A stretch of 64,000 bases of DNA from an uncultured candidatus Porisulfidus sp. (GCA_965215125.1 OZ244052.1:736001-800000); one strand, 5' to 3'. Positions 40,076 to 52,152 are shown, counted from the stretch's first letter. Numbers and translations: made by a program. The notes: generated by a model from the sequence alone, not told the origin.

Positions 40076-42871
40076 ATGGGAGACTACAAAGACACATTAA
40101 ATCTACCGAAAACCGACTTCCCGATGCGCGCCAACTTGGCGCAACGAGAACCGGAAATTTTGGCTTATTGGGAGTCGATAAAACTGTACGAGCTGATACG
40201 CTCAAAGCGATGCGGGCGCGAACAGTTTATCCTTCATGACGGTCCTCCTTATGCAAACGGCGATATCCATATCGGACATGCGGTCAATAAAACGCTAAAA
40301 GATATCATTGTCAAAAGTCGGTTGATGCAAGGACTCGATGCGCCTTATGTGCCGGGTTGGGATTGTCACGGACTGCCTATAGAACAACAAGTGGAAAAAA
40401 AATACGGCAAAGCCAAAACCACAGAAGACACTATGTTGTTTAGAAAACGATGCCGGGAGTATGCCACCGGTCAAATTGAAAAACAACGACAAGATTTTAT
40501 ACGCCTGGGTGTGTTGGGTGATTGGCAAAATCCTTATCTCAGCATGGCGTTTGATACCGAAGCAGATATATTGAGAACCCTAGGTACGTTGCTCGGCAAA
40601 GGCTATCTGAAGCAAGGACATAAACCGGTGCATTGGTGCTTGGAATGTGGCTCGGCACTTGCCGAAGCGGAGGTTGAATATCACGATAAAGTATCCAAAG
40701 CGGTCGATGTCGCATTTGCCGTACAGAACACGGACAACCTAAACGAAAAGCTACAACTAGAAACCGACACCGCATCTAATATAGTAATTTGGACTACCAC
40801 ACCATGGACTTTGCCTGCCAACCAAGCCGTTGCACTGCACCCGAAGTTAGATTATGTGGCACTTCTCCACGACACTCAAATCTATATCGTCGCCGAGGGA
40901 CTTGCCGAACAATGTTGCACGCGTTACGGGTGGGATCCCACTGTGCTATGTACTTTCAAGGGCGAATGTTTAGAAGGCTTAGATCTGAAGCACCCTTTTT
41001 ACGATTATACCGTGCCGATCGTTATGGGTGCGCATGTAACTCTGGAAGCCGGCACCGGTTGCGTACACATCGCACCGGCACACGGTGTAGACGATTATAT
41101 ATTGGGACAACGCTACGAACTTCGTTGTCAAACACCGCTATCGACCAATGCCGTATTCGCACCTACGGCAGGATTTCTAGCCGGCTGTCATGTGCGCAAA
41201 AGCGATGCATCGATTATCGAGAGGCTCGATGAAAACCGAAAATTAGTGCACAGTTGCGATTACGAGCACAGCTATCCTCACTGCTGGCGGCATAAAACCC
41301 CTATCATCTTTAGGGCAACCCCACAATGGTTTATAAGCCTAAAAAATAACGGGTTGTTGGATAAGGCATCTGCCGAATGCGATACAGTGCATTGGACACC
41401 GCAATGGGGACACGCGCGTATCAAAGGAATGCTGGGTTCTAGACCGGACTGGTGCGTGTCTAGGCAACGCTATTGGGGTGTACCGATCGCAGTATTCGTA
41501 CACAAACAGTCCGGTAACTTACATCCCCGTACCGCGGAAATCATAGAACATGTGGCACAAAAAATAGAACAAACCGGTATAGAAGCATGGTTTGAATCGA
41601 ACTACGAAGAACTCCTGGGAGACGATGCGAACGACTATAGGAAAGTCGAAGATGTATTGGATGTCTGGTTTGACTCGGGTGCCACACACGCTTGCATACT
41701 CGATAAACGCAACGAATTGCGGCGGCCTGCCGACCTCTATTTGGAGGGATCGGATCAACATCGCGGGTGGTTTCAATCGTCGTTGCTCACTTCGGTTGCA
41801 TACGACGGTAAGGCACCGTATCTCGGCGTGCTGACACATGGCTTTGTGGTAGACGAAAGTGGTCAGAAAATGTCTAAATCCAAAGGCAACGTAGTCTCAC
41901 CCCAAAATGTTATCAAACAATACGGTGCCGATATTTTACGATTGTGGGTCGCAGCAACCGACTCCAGTGGCGAGATGACTATAGCCGACGAAATTCTAAA
42001 ACGGATTGTAGACGCGTATCGCCGTATCAGAAACACGGCGCGCTTTTTATTGGCTAACTTGAGCGATTTTGATCCCGAAGCGGATCAAATAGATCCGAAT
42101 TCTATGCTCGCATTGGATCGCTGGGCAGTTGCCGTTAGTGCCGAGTTGCAACGCGAAATACGAGAAGACTACAAAGACTATACTTTTCATCGTCTATACC
42201 ATCGGCTACATAATTTTTGCAGTATACAGATGGGTGGTTTTTATTTGGATATTATCAAAGACCGTCTCTACACGGTACACCCCCAAGCCCCGGCTAGGCG
42301 TTCTGCACAAACTGCGATGTATCACATCATCCAAGCATTGGTGAGATGGATCGCACCGATTTTAAGTTTTACCGCGGAAGAGATCTATAAATCACTACCG
42401 GGCACGAAATTAAAAAGCGTTTTCTTATCCGAATGGTACGACGGTTTGTTCGATCTATCGGAGAATGAATTGCCGAACATGTCCGAGTGGAATCAGATAC
42501 TCGGTTTACGGGATGTCGTCAACAAGCAAATAGAAAACATAAGACAAACCGGTGTCATAGGTTCCTCGCTCGATGCCGAGATAAAGCTCTATTGCGATGG
42601 CAACGATTACCGACTAATCAAACAACTGGATCAAGAACTTAAATTCTTGTTCATTACCTCGGCTGCCGAAGTCTTTCCATCGGCACAAGCCGGCGACGAT
42701 TCCGTACAAATCTCGGAGCGTATAGCGATCGCTATATCCGCCAGCCGATATCCCAAATGTCCGCGTTGTTGGCAACACTGTGACGATCTTGAGGGATCCG
42801 ATCATGGTACAACATGTGCGCGCTGCATGCTAAATGTCAACGGTGAAGGCGAAAAACGCACCTATTTATAA
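40076..42871 (+). CDS. ileS: Isoleucyl-tRNA synthetase
   Basis: [28 protein letters not shown]-terminal CPRC...CARC. Confidence 0.99.
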   Translation: MGDYKDTLNLPKTDFPMRANLAQREPEILAYWESIKLYELIRSKRCGREQFILHDGPPYANGDIHIGHAVNKTLKDIIVKSRLMQGLDAPYVPGWDCHGLPIEQQVEKKYGKAKTTEDTMLFRKRCREYATGQIEKQRQDFIRLGVLGDWQNPYLSMAFDTEADILRTLGTLLGKGYLKQGHKPVHWCLECGSALAEAEVEYHDKVSKAVDVAFAVQNTDNLNEKLQLETDTASNIVIWTTTPWTLPANQAVALHPKLDYVALLHDTQIYIVAEGLAEQCCTRYGWDPTVLCTFKGECLEGLDLKHPFYDYTVPIVMGAHVTLEAGTGCVHIAPAHGVDDYILGQRYELRCQTPLSTNAVFAPTAGFLAGCHVRKSDASIIERLDENRKLVHSCDYEHSYPHCWRHKTPIIFRATPQWFISLKNNGLLDKASAECDTVHWTPQWGHARIKGMLGSRPDWCVSRQRYWGVPIAVFVHKQSGNLHPRTAEIIEHVAQKIEQTGIEAWFESNYEELLGDDANDYRKVEDVLDVWFDSGATHACILDKRNELRRPADLYLEGSDQHRGWFQSSLLTSVAYDGKAPYLGVLTHGFVVDESGQKMSKSKGNVVSPQNVIKQYGADILRLWVAATDSSGEMTIADEILKRIVDAYRRIRNTARFLLANLSDFDPEADQIDPNSMLALDRWAVAVSAELQREIREDYKDYTFHRLYHRLHNFCSIQMGGFYLDIIKDRLYTVHPQAPARRSAQTAMYHIIQALVRWIAPILSFTAEEIYKSLPGTKLKSVFLSEWYDGLFDLSENELPNMSEWNQILGLRDVVNKQIENIRQTGVIGSSLDAEIKLYCDGNDYRLIKQLDQELKFLFITSAAEVFPSAQAGDDSVQISERIAIAISASRYPKCPRCWQHCDDLEGSDHGTTCARCMLNVNGEGEKRTYL

Positions 42872-44137
42872 ATGTAATGAAAAAAATCTCCATCATTTTT
42901 CTTATTTTACTCCTATTATTCGGGGGAATAGTCAGTGCGGAAACATCAAATGCTTCCAAGCCTAATATAATATTTATCATGGCCGATGATCTAGGCAAAA
43001 ACATACTTTCTTTGCCTAGGATAAAAAATGTAATTAAGATGCCTAATGTCGAGCGACTTGCCGCAGAGGGAGTAACATTCAAGAATGCTTATGCAACACA
43101 CCTCTGTTTTTCCACACGAGTAAAGTTACTAAGTGGACGAGCGGCAATAAATACAGGAGCCTATTGGAATCAATATCCGAAAGGTGGTGTTGTGAATAGG
43201 ATAGCCGACGAAGGACGTACTACGGGATTTTACAAATATTTTAACGACGGCGATTCGAGTATATATCCTTTTATAGACACTCAATATACACCCAGCTTTG
43301 CGCTACCGCTCAAGCAAGCAGGTTATACAAATGCAGTGGTCGGCAAATGGCACCTAAACGATACTGTTAAGCAGCGTCGTGTTTTCAGAACATTCGGCTT
43401 TGACCAATGGATGATGTCTAATAGCCATGTAGCCCCAGGTGCTTTAACCGATAAGGGATATTTGGTTACCCCTGCTAGATCTCATGTCGAAAAACTAACC
43501 GATTTCGTTGTCGATTTCATCACGGAAAATAAAGATAAACCTTTCTTTGTCTATTATCCCATGCATTTAGTACACGAACCTTATGTAATGCCCGCCAATC
43601 CAATAGGGCATCTAACACATACTTTGGTAGAGAGACATATTGCCATGATTGAATATGTAGACCAAATTATAGGAAGTTTAATAAAAACCTTAGAGACATT
43701 AAATATAAAAGACCGAACTATTATCTTTTTCTCGGGCGACAACGGAGATGCTTCTGAATATCGTTCTTTGTATGAACTTATTCAAGGACCTGAAAAAAGC
43801 AAAGAACAACCTTTCCGTGGTAAAGGTTCTCTATACGAGGGTGGTGTCAATGTACCTTTGATCGTGAGCGGCGGTCCTGTCGTGAAAAGAGGAGAAACCG
43901 AAGCGTTGGTGGATTTTACCGATATCCTGCCCACACTTGCCGATCTCGCCGGTCTCTCCGTTATTAGAAAAAAACGCGAAAACAACGGTGATTACAGAGG
44001 AATAGCTGATCAATATGTCTCCGTAGCAGGACTATACAAAGGAGACGGCTATTCCATAGCACCCTTTCTAACCGGACAAACCGATGACACACCACGAAAA
44101 TGGATGATGTATGCGTCAGGCGATATCATCGTACCTA

Positions 44138-45208
44138 TCATACCAAGCAATATCGTAGTACGCAATAAAGTGTACGATGCCATGACATATTGGACAAATG
44201 GGGACAAAAGGAAGCAAGCTGTTGTGCCGGTGTTTTATAGGCTAGACTTTGGTGCGGTCTCCTGAAGTTATACCGCCCGAGATACTCAAATAATACGTCG
44301 TTAAATTGTGCTAAATCGGTCACTAAAATATCCTCATGATGTGCTACAAACTCCTCCTGAATGGTACGGTTAAATCTCTCGTCTATGGCATTCATTTTCG
44401 GGCAACGAGGATAAGTATAACAGTGTTTAATGTTGTGTCGTTGTAGATAAGCCTCGAAGTCGCCGGCAAACTCGCTCCCGTTGTCGGTCAGTACTTGAGA
44501 GAGGTTGCCGGGGAATACCGTGTCCACCAATCTTGCGAATGTCGCAGCATTTTTACTGTGGGCGCGTCGGCAGGTAATGGCAACGGCAAAACGGCTGTAG
44601 TGGTCAATCGCAGTGAACAGATAATAGCGTGTTCGATTAACGAAATAATGGATAGTATCCATAGCCACGCAGTGTCCGGGAAATTGCGCTTTGGCATCTT
44701 TGCTGAGACGGTTGCGTGGTTGAGAAGTCTTGCATTTGTGTTTTCTTTTAGAGAGTTTAGGGGGCGAACAGCGCATGTTGTCGGATGCATCGGCAATCAA
44801 CCGTGCAATGGTGCGCGGCTTCGGACACTGCAGTTCGCGTGCATCACACCACGGCTTTAAGAAGTAATAAATCTTCGGCGCACCCATATTCGGATAGCTG
44901 TGTCGCAGTCGCCTAATCTCATCGCTGATGTGAGTAGACCAATTACGGCGACGATGCTGCCGAGGTGCTTTACTTGCGTCTCGCAAAGCGGATACACCGC
45001 CCTCGTCAAAGCACTTTTTCCAGCGGTATAGGGTGGAACGGCTCACCCCGACAAAGTCTTGGGTTGCGTTTAAGCCGTGTTTGTTCCAAAATTCTAATGC
45101 ATTAAGTTTTTGTTTGGCATCTGTTGCCATCATAGCCTCCGTTTTGTTGGAAAAAGAGGCTATTTTATAAAAACCTGTAATGCGGTAGCCGATGTGCTGG
45201 TTTTGCAT
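44138..45208 (-). CDS. DDE transposase of IS481-like copy 2
   Basis: Identical to copy 1 up to MSWHRT, then a flank-encoded tail. Confidence 0.9.
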   Translation of the reverse strand: MQNQHIGYRITGFYKIASFSNKTEAMMATDAKQKLNALEFWNKHGLNATQDFVGVSRSTLYRWKKCFDEGGVSALRDASKAPRQHRRRNWSTHISDEIRRLRHSYPNMGAPKIYYFLKPWCDARELQCPKPRTIARLIADASDNMRCSPPKLSKRKHKCKTSQPRNRLSKDAKAQFPGHCVAMDTIHYFVNRTRYYLFTAIDHYSRFAVAITCRRAHSKNAATFARLVDTVFPGNLSQVLTDNGSEFAGDFEAYLQRHNIKHCYTYPRCPKMNAIDERFNRTIQEEFVAHHEDILVTDLAQFNDVLFEYLGRYNFRRPHQSLAYKTPAQQLASFCPHLSNMSWHRTLYCVLRYCLV

Positions 45209-45311
45209 GTCGGCTACTTTGATTTAAGAGGTATTTTTCCACTAGGAAAAGTACTTTTCCTAGTGGAAAGATTAGGTTCTAAAGAGTCCAATATGTATCT
45301 GGCATTGTACA
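44171..45311 (-). mobile_element. IS481-like insertion sequence, copy 2 (1141 bp)
   Basis: Same TIRs and apparently identical sequence to 28794-29934; direct repeat taaag on both sides. Confidence 0.92.
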
Positions 45312-46562
45312 TAAAGAATTCAAGCTATGGGCAAAATGGGAAGACAACAAATACCGAGGATATAAACTCTATGATTTATACAACGACCCCTACGAACAAA
45401 CCAATTTATATGACAGCACGGATCAAACCATTCTCTCGGCTAAGCAACGACTAAACAATATATTGGATAACATTCCTCAACCTACACGGATAGACGAATA
45501 TTTTGATCCGGTAGATTGGAATTACGGCATGCTGTCTCATTGGTCCATGAATCAACCGGAATTTTTAACAGATGCAAATAAATTAGCCGATACCGAAGGT
45601 GGTTACGATGTGCACGATACCGAAATTGTTTTTGATAAACAAGGGAGATTCAGACAAGCAATCAGAGCAGACCGTCTACAGGTTCCTTATTCCAAAGGGT
45701 TGTTTTATAACTTTATCATCGGTGACAACACAAAGCTTTTTAACCGACGCGATAAAGGAATATTCTATAAAGGAATCACGAAATTGATAAAGACGAACAA
45801 AACACTAATGGAATTTTCAAACTCTTTTTATACTAAGTGGTTTCCTCCTAATAAATACCCTTCGAGAAGAGGAGATAGAGAAAAATTTCTCACCGGCATG
45901 ACCGTGTCGGCATGGATACAAACTCCACAACCCAAGCAAGATATTTATATTCTAAAGCAACCGTATGCCGACAAAGAAGGTAATTTAATAAGTTTTTCCA
46001 TCACCGAAGATACAACCGTCAATTTTGAATTAACCACGAACGATAAAACCCATAAGCTGGAAAGCAAAACTTTAGACCGCACACCTTGGGGACAATGGGT
46101 GCACATCGCAGCAACATGGGACGGGCGTGGCGAATGTGGTGAAACCATTCTTTATGTCAACGGTGCGCGTGTCGCCCGAGCGTGCTTGGGAAAACCTCTG
46201 TCGGCAGACGATACCGACAACCTATTGCTGGGCGGCTTTGCCGAAGATCCGAAAACCAATCATCCCGAAACCTTGATAGACGACATTGCCCTATGGCGGC
46301 AACCGTTGATGCCGATGCAAATAGAAGCGTTGTATCGGCTCGGCAATCGTTTCTCTTACGATGCCTCACAAGTCGATGCTTTGTTCAATACACCCGAGAA
46401 TAATGGTATAACAAAAATCAGGGATCGGGTGTGGCATCGTGCCGAATTAGAAGAAACGACCGATACGAATCGTTTGATGATTCTAGAATTTCGCAACGAA
46501 GTCAAGGTTCAATTCGGGAATGTGATGGCAATTCGCCTAAAAATATAAGGCCGACAATTCGT

Positions 46563-48407
46563 TCACTCTACGGTAACCGATTTTGCAAGGTTGCGGGGTT
46601 GATCTATATCGGTGCCTTTCAACAACGCCGTGTGATACGCCAGTAATTGCAGGGGTATCGTGAATAAAATCGGAGAAACCGCATTCTCAAAGGCATTCAA
46701 TCGTATTACTCTCAAAGATGACTTTTCATCCGATTGAAACCCGGTGCCGGAGTCTGCAAAAACATGCAAATGCCCACCCCTCGCTCGCACTTCTTTTAGA
46801 TTGGATTTTAGTTTAGATAGTAATCGGTCGTTGGGTGCGACCGCAACGACCGGCATATTAAAATCCACTAAAGCCAACGGGCCATGCTTGAGTTCGCCGG
46901 CGGCATAAGCCTCGGCGTGTATGTAAGAGATTTCCTTCATTTTGAGAGCACCTTCCATAGCGATCGGGTAATGCAGACCTCGCCCCAAAAATAGTGCGTG
47001 TTGCTTGTCGGAATACTCTCTTGCTAACAGACGTATCTGCTCCTCGCAATCTAGAATCTGCTCCAAACGCACAGGCAGGTTGCGTAATTGTCCGACAAGA
47101 TCGGAGACTGCCGATTTCGTCAAACATCGCCGTTTACCAAAAAGTATGGTCAGTAGCAACAGAACGGTAAGCTGCGTCGTGAAGGCTTTAGTTGAAGCCA
47201 CACCTATCTCGGGACCGGCATGGGTCATCAATACCGCATCTACTTCACGGGTTAGGGAACTCTCATGCACATTACAAATAGCCAATGTTTTGAAATAACC
47301 GTGTTGTTCGGCAATCCGTAGTGCTGCCAAGGTGTCCGCAGTCTCGCCCGATTGAGAAATTACAACCAGCAAAGTGTGCGGAGGCACACAGTGATGTCGG
47401 TATCGAAATTCGCTGGCAATCTCGGCACTACAAGACATATTTGCAAACTCTTCCAACCAATAACGGGCGACGAGTGCGGCGTGATAGCTGGTTCCACAGG
47501 CAACGATATGCACCTGTTCGGTACGATCGAGAAACTCGGTTGCATCGGGAGAAATAATATTGTCCGGAATATCGTTGGCAAGCAAACGTCCTTCGAGCGT
47601 ATCGGCGATAACACGAGGTTGATCGTATATTTCCTTCTGCATATAGTGTTGATATTCGCCCAAGTCGCTGTTATACGATGCCAATGATATTTCATGATGT
47701 TTGCGCACTACAGGTTTCAAATCACTATCAAAAATATACACTTGATCTCGGCTAATCTCGGCAATGTCACCGTTTTCCAAATGAATAAAGGTTTGAGTAA
47801 CCGAGGACAACGCCTGTATATCCGATGCTGCGTAGTTGGCACCCTCTCCGATGCCGATTACCAGGGGACTTCCTTCCCGCACCAATACGACGCTTTCGGG
47901 ATTTTGTGCGTCAAGCACAGCTAGGCTATATGCGCCTTCAAGGTCGTTTATGGTTTTTGATATCGCACCCAATAAATCCTTATTTTGCCGTAAATAAAAT
48001 ATAATCTGGTGTGCTATGACTTCGGTATCGGTTTCCGAATTAAACTCGAAACCCTCGGATTTTTGCGCCTCCTTCAAAACTTCGTAATTTTCTATGATGC
48101 CGTTGTGGACGATAGCGATACGGTTATCGGAAATATGCGGGTGTGCATTTGCTCTATCGGGTGCGCCGTGGGTCGCCCAGCGGGTATGCGCTATGCCGAT
48201 ATGGCTACGGCATGGTGTTGATTTTAATAATTCCTCTAGTTTAGCTACCTTACCCAAACATCGTACGCGTTGTATGGGGACATCACCGTCATCGTTCAGC
48301 ACCGCAATACCGGCGGAATCATAACCACGGTATTCCAGTCTGAATAACCCTTCCATTAAAATATCGCTTACATCGGATGCTGCAATCGCAGCGACTATGC
48401 CACACAT
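46563..48407 (-). CDS. glmS: Glutamine-fructose-6-phosphate transaminase
   Basis: MCGIV start at 48407, LEYRGYDSAG, HTRWATHG, SQSGETADT, PRNLAKSVTVE. Confidence 0.99.
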   Translation of the reverse strand: MCGIVAAIAASDVSDILMEGLFRLEYRGYDSAGIAVLNDDGDVPIQRVRCLGKVAKLEELLKSTPCRSHIGIAHTRWATHGAPDRANAHPHISDNRIAIVHNGIIENYEVLKEAQKSEGFEFNSETDTEVIAHQIIFYLRQNKDLLGAISKTINDLEGAYSLAVLDAQNPESVVLVREGSPLVIGIGEGANYAASDIQALSSVTQTFIHLENGDIAEISRDQVYIFDSDLKPVVRKHHEISLASYNSDLGEYQHYMQKEIYDQPRVIADTLEGRLLANDIPDNIISPDATEFLDRTEQVHIVACGTSYHAALVARYWLEEFANMSCSAEIASEFRYRHHCVPPHTLLVVISQSGETADTLAALRIAEQHGYFKTLAICNVHESSLTREVDAVLMTHAGPEIGVASTKAFTTQLTVLLLLTILFGKRRCLTKSAVSDLVGQLRNLPVRLEQILDCEEQIRLLAREYSDKQHALFLGRGLHYPIAMEGALKMKEISYIHAEAYAAGELKHGPLALVDFNMPVVAVAPNDRLLSKLKSNLKEVRARGGHLHVFADSGTGFQSDEKSSLRVIRLNAFENAVSPILFTIPLQLLAYHTALLKGTDIDQPRNLAKSVTVE

Positions 48408-48412
48408 CGTTT

Positions 48413-49789
48413 CTATTTCTTCGTCGGTCGCCGCCAGCCTTTTACGGTGGTTTGTTTGCAACGCGATAATGTCAATTCATCGGCAGGTACATCGTGGGTG
48501 ATCGTCGAACCGGCACCGATAGTGGCATTGGAACCTATCTCTATGGGGGCAATGATTTGCGTATCCGAACCTATAAATACATTGTCTCCGATGACCGTGC
48601 GGTGTTTATCGGCACCGTCGTAGTTGCATGTGATTGTGCCGGCACCTATATTGACCTTTGAACCCATCTCACTATCTCCTATATAGCTCAGATGGTTGAT
48701 TTTAGCGTCATGGCCGGTTGTGGTCTGTTTTATCTCTACGAAATTACCGATGCGGTTATTATCACCTATGTGCGTCTCGGGGCGCACTCGTGCATAAGGT
48801 CCTACGATGCAACATTTGCCGATACGGGTGCCTTCTATATGAGAAAAAGACCTCACCACCGTACCCGCTGCAATAGAAACATTTTTCAACACACTGTAGG
48901 CTTCTATCTTCACATCGTCGCCGAGCTTTATTTCCCCCTCGAGTATTACACCTATATCAAAGATAACACCTTTGCCGAGTTGTACTTCGGCACGCACATC
49001 TAAACGGTCGGCATCTTGGACTATAGCACCGTTTTCTATCAATTCCGAAACCCGAATACGCTGTAACAATCGCTCTGCCGCCGTATACTGATGGAGTGTG
49101 TTGATGCCACTGGCGCGCCATGTTTCTTTCAACTCGCAAACCCCTATATTCAAATCTTCGTCAACCGCAATCTGTATACAATCGGTCAAATAGTATTCTT
49201 GTTGCTTATTGTCGTTTGCTACTTTTGGTATTAATTTGCTTAGAGTATGCGCTTGTGCGGTCATAATACCTATGTTGACTTCCTCTACCTTGCGTTCATC
49301 AAGCGAGGCATCCGCCTCCTCCACAATACGCATCACTTTCCCGTCATCCGTACGCAACACCCTTCCGTAACCCGTAGGGTCTTTTAATTTTGCAGCCATA
49401 AAAGCAAGGTCATGCTGCGCTTGTAGAGCCAGCAACATTTTATAGCTCGATACATTGACAAACGGCATATCGGTATACGAAACTAAAACTTGGTCATCGG
49501 GTGTTATTGCGGGCAGTACTTGAGAAACTGCGTGTGCCGTGCCGAGCTGTTCGGCTTGTTGATGCCAATGTACATTATCCAATCCCGCAAAACGATTAGA
49601 AACCACCTCCCGAACCTGTTCGCTACCAAAGCCCACAACAATATGTAACTGTGCCGATTGAAGTTTCTGGAGTTCCCCGAGGACATGGAAAATAAGTGGT
49701 TCACCGCCCAACTCGCAGAGTGCTTTAGGTTTTGTGCCGCCCAGCCGCCGGGCTTTACCGGCTGCAAGAAGAACTATAGAAAGGCTCAT
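48413..49789 (-). CDS. glmU: Bifunctional UDP-GlcNAc pyrophosphorylase/glucosamine-1-phosphate acetyltransferase
   Basis: VLLAAGK, QLGTAHAV, GYGR, EYYLTD, hexapeptide repeats, NYDG; start placed at ATG 49789. Confidence 0.97.
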   Translation of the reverse strand: MSLSIVLLAAGKARRLGGTKPKALCELGGEPLIFHVLGELQKLQSAQLHIVVGFGSEQVREVVSNRFAGLDNVHWHQQAEQLGTAHAVSQVLPAITPDDQVLVSYTDMPFVNVSSYKMLLALQAQHDLAFMAAKLKDPTGYGRVLRTDDGKVMRIVEEADASLDERKVEEVNIGIMTAQAHTLSKLIPKVANDNKQQEYYLTDCIQIAVDEDLNIGVCELKETWRASGINTLHQYTAAERLLQRIRVSELIENGAIVQDADRLDVRAEVQLGKGVIFDIGVILEGEIKLGDDVKIEAYSVLKNVSIAAGTVVRSFSHIEGTRIGKCCIVGPYARVRPETHIGDNNRIGNFVEIKQTTTGHDAKINHLSYIGDSEMGSKVNIGAGTITCNYDGADKHRTVIGDNVFIGSDTQIIAPIEIGSNATIGAGSTITHDVPADELTLSRCKQTTVKGWRRPTKK

Positions 49790-50008
49790 GGAATTACCAA
49801 AACTTAAAATTGCACAAATCAAATTTCATGGTTCGGTATTATACCTTAGGGTAAAATAGTCTTTATCGCAAAATTTATAAATCGGAACCGGAGACTTTGA
49901 CCCCATGTTATGTCAACACCCTCCTCGTGTACTCGGCTATACATTGTATAATGTACTATCGATGAATCGTAGTCACCGAGTTACATCATTTCAATATCTA
50001 CTTTTACT

Positions 50009-50758
50009 ATGTTTAACAAAAAATTCGTACAAGGCACGGTTATAGAAAATAAGCACTGGACAAAGCGATTATACTCGTTGAAAGTAGATGCTCAAATTCA
50101 AACCTTCCTACCGGGTCAATTTGGTCGTCTAGGCTTAGAGATTGAAGGCGAAGAAATTGCCCGTCCGTATTCCTTTGTGAATGCACCGACCGAACCTTTT
50201 TTGGAGTTTTATTCAATTATAGTGCCCGATGGGCTTTTGTCTTCTTGTTTGCACCGATTGCAACCGGAAGCCAAAGTTTGGGTCGCCTCTTCGCCTTCTG
50301 GATTTTTCACCTTAAACGAAATTCCCGAAGGACGCGAGCTTTGGATGCTTTCTACAGGTACCGCTTTAGGACCCTTTCTCTCAATATTAAAAACCGATGA
50401 ACCGTGGCAACGTTTCGATAAAATTGTATTAGTACACGCAGTGCGCACCGAAGAGGAACTAACTTATAAAGAAACGATAGCAGGTTTTAAGCAACGGTGC
50501 CCCGACCAATTTACAATGATACCTTTTGTTAGCCGAGAACGAATATCTTATGCCTTGCCGGGGCGTATACCTGCTGCGATTGAAAACGGTACTTTAGAGG
50601 AACGAGCCGATACTCCGCTAAATATCGAGAGTTCCCAAGTGATGATTTGTGGCAATCCCGATATGGTAAGCGATACCACCGATGTATTAAAAAACAAAGG
50701 TTTTACCAAAAACAGACGCCGAAATCCGGGCAATATCACAACCGAAAATTACTGGTAG
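50009..50758 (+). CDS. fpr: Ferredoxin/flavodoxin-NADP+ reductase
   Basis: GQF, RPYS, STGTALGPF, MICGNPDM, ENYW. Confidence 0.95.
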   Translation: MFNKKFVQGTVIENKHWTKRLYSLKVDAQIQTFLPGQFGRLGLEIEGEEIARPYSFVNAPTEPFLEFYSIIVPDGLLSSCLHRLQPEAKVWVASSPSGFFTLNEIPEGRELWMLSTGTALGPFLSILKTDEPWQRFDKIVLVHAVRTEEELTYKETIAGFKQRCPDQFTMIPFVSRERISYALPGRIPAAIENGTLEERADTPLNIESSQVMICGNPDMVSDTTDVLKNKGFTKNRRRNPGNITTENYW

Positions 50759-50778
50759 TGTTGGGTGATATCTATACA

Positions 50779-51669
50779 CTACACCTGTTCAATACGGTTT
50801 TTAATGGTACCGATTTTTTCTACTTCGCACTCTACAACATCACCGGGGCGAAGGTATTCCGGCGGCTTTCTCACATAACCGACACCGCTAGGCGTGCCGG
50901 TCGCAATCACGGTGCCCGGTTGCAAAGCCATAATCTTGGATATAGCCGAGATAACGGTAGCAACATCAAAAATCTGATTTTCCGTTGTATCGTCTTGCTT
51001 AATAACTCCGTTTACGCGACTGCGGACAAAAAGTGATTGCACATCACCAATGTCGGAGGCGGGCACTATGCAGGGACCCATCGGACAGCTACCCGGTAGG
51101 CTTTTGCCTAGAAAAAACTGTCGGTGCCGTTTTTGCAAATCTCTAGCCGATATATCGTTAACTACGGTATAGCCGAATACATAATCCAAGGCTCGTTCTC
51201 TACTTACTTTATAAGCGGTTTGCCCTATCACGACTGCCAATTCCGCTTCCCAGTCTATTTTTTCGGAAACTTCGGCATCGTAAGGAATGTTATCGTGAGG
51301 GCCGATCACCGTAGAAACATCTTTGGTAAATACGATAGGATACTTTGGCAAGTCTTTCTGTATAAGCGTATTGCCTTGAGTTTCCTTGACATGTTCGGAA
51401 TAATTCCAACCCAAGCACATAATGTTGCAAGGTGGACGAGGGATAGGTGCCTGCAAATTTTGTAATTCCATTTCAACTTTTGCACATTCGGGAGCAACAT
51501 CAGTCCACTTGACCAATCGAGCTAAGCCTTGACGACCTGTCTTAATCAGCGACAACATATCGGTATGGGGTTCCGACCAATCGGGATCAAGCGCAGGTAC
51601 CAAAATTTCCTTAGCCACCAATATGCCGACATACGATGTTCCCTTATCACTATAGTTAACTAGCTTCAT
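50779..51669 (-). CDS. Fumarylacetoacetate hydrolase family protein
   Basis: CLGWNYSEH, DWEAELAVVIG, NDISARD, GKS, TGTPSGVG. Confidence 0.92.
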   Translation of the reverse strand: MKLVNYSDKGTSYVGILVAKEILVPALDPDWSEPHTDMLSLIKTGRQGLARLVKWTDVAPECAKVEMELQNLQAPIPRPPCNIMCLGWNYSEHVKETQGNTLIQKDLPKYPIVFTKDVSTVIGPHDNIPYDAEVSEKIDWEAELAVVIGQTAYKVSRERALDYVFGYTVVNDISARDLQKRHRQFFLGKSLPGSCPMGPCIVPASDIGDVQSLFVRSRVNGVIKQDDTTENQIFDVATVISAISKIMALQPGTVIATGTPSGVGYVRKPPEYLRPGDVVECEVEKIGTIKNRIEQV

Positions 51670-51750
51670 TGTGAATCTCTAGTTTGCATATATCCCAAAG
51701 TATCGCTATTTCCTTCATGCTCTAGTTTCTTTTATTCGTACGAAATATCG

Positions 51751-52152
51751 TTAATCTACATGAGCAACATATTTAGGCGTGTCGGTTAAAATGACTTCTA
51801 ACTCCTCGCCGTTGATTATAAACGGTTGATTAAGTTGTTCAAAAAACAAACTAAGCCCGACATCCCCGGAAACACGACAAGGCAAACGAATCGTATCATG
51901 ATAGACAAACACATTGTCTTGAAACTCGCCACTTTGCACTTTTTTCGGGAATTCCACTTTTGAGGCATCTAAAGGATCGTCAAAATCGCCTTTAACGAGG
52001 ATACGACCACTTTGTCTCCAGCTAGTGCGTTGTCGTGCTGCGTCCATCACTTTGATAATAGAGGCATCGGAGAATATCAGCGTATATTGATCTTTTTGAA
52101 ACTTCAAATCGGCAATCAACATGTCCGGTAGTTGAAGTAATCTATAACTCAT
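51751..52152 (-). CDS. Hypothetical protein (133 aa) coupled to gshA
   Basis: Clean ORF with a 4-bp overlap with the gshA stop; no motif recognised. Confidence 0.7.
   Translation of the reverse strand: MSYRLLQLPDMLIADLKFQKDQYTLIFSDASIIKVMDAARQRTSWRQSGRILVKGDFDDPLDASKVEFPKKVQSGEFQDNVFVYHDTIRLPCRVSGDVGLSLFFEQLNQPFIINGEELEVILTDTPKYVAHVD

Larger units (their letters stand above)
42877..46548 (+). pseudogene. Secreted sulfatase with C-terminal LamG/concanavalin-like domain, interrupted by IS481-like copy 2
   Basis: Signal peptide, KPNIIFIMADDLG, CFSTR, GKWHL, SGDNG, KGSLYEGG. Joining 44170 to 45317 restores the frame (RNKEFKL...LYDLYNDPYEQTNL) into the 45463-46548 ORF (TVSAWI, WVHIAATWD, LYVNG, IDDIALW), 841 aa. 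Confidence 0.88.

Noticed and set aside
28794-45311. Composite transposon bounded by the two IS481-like copies
   Set aside because: Each copy has its own matching target duplication, and the enclosed genes (glyQS, ribF, ileS) are core genes.
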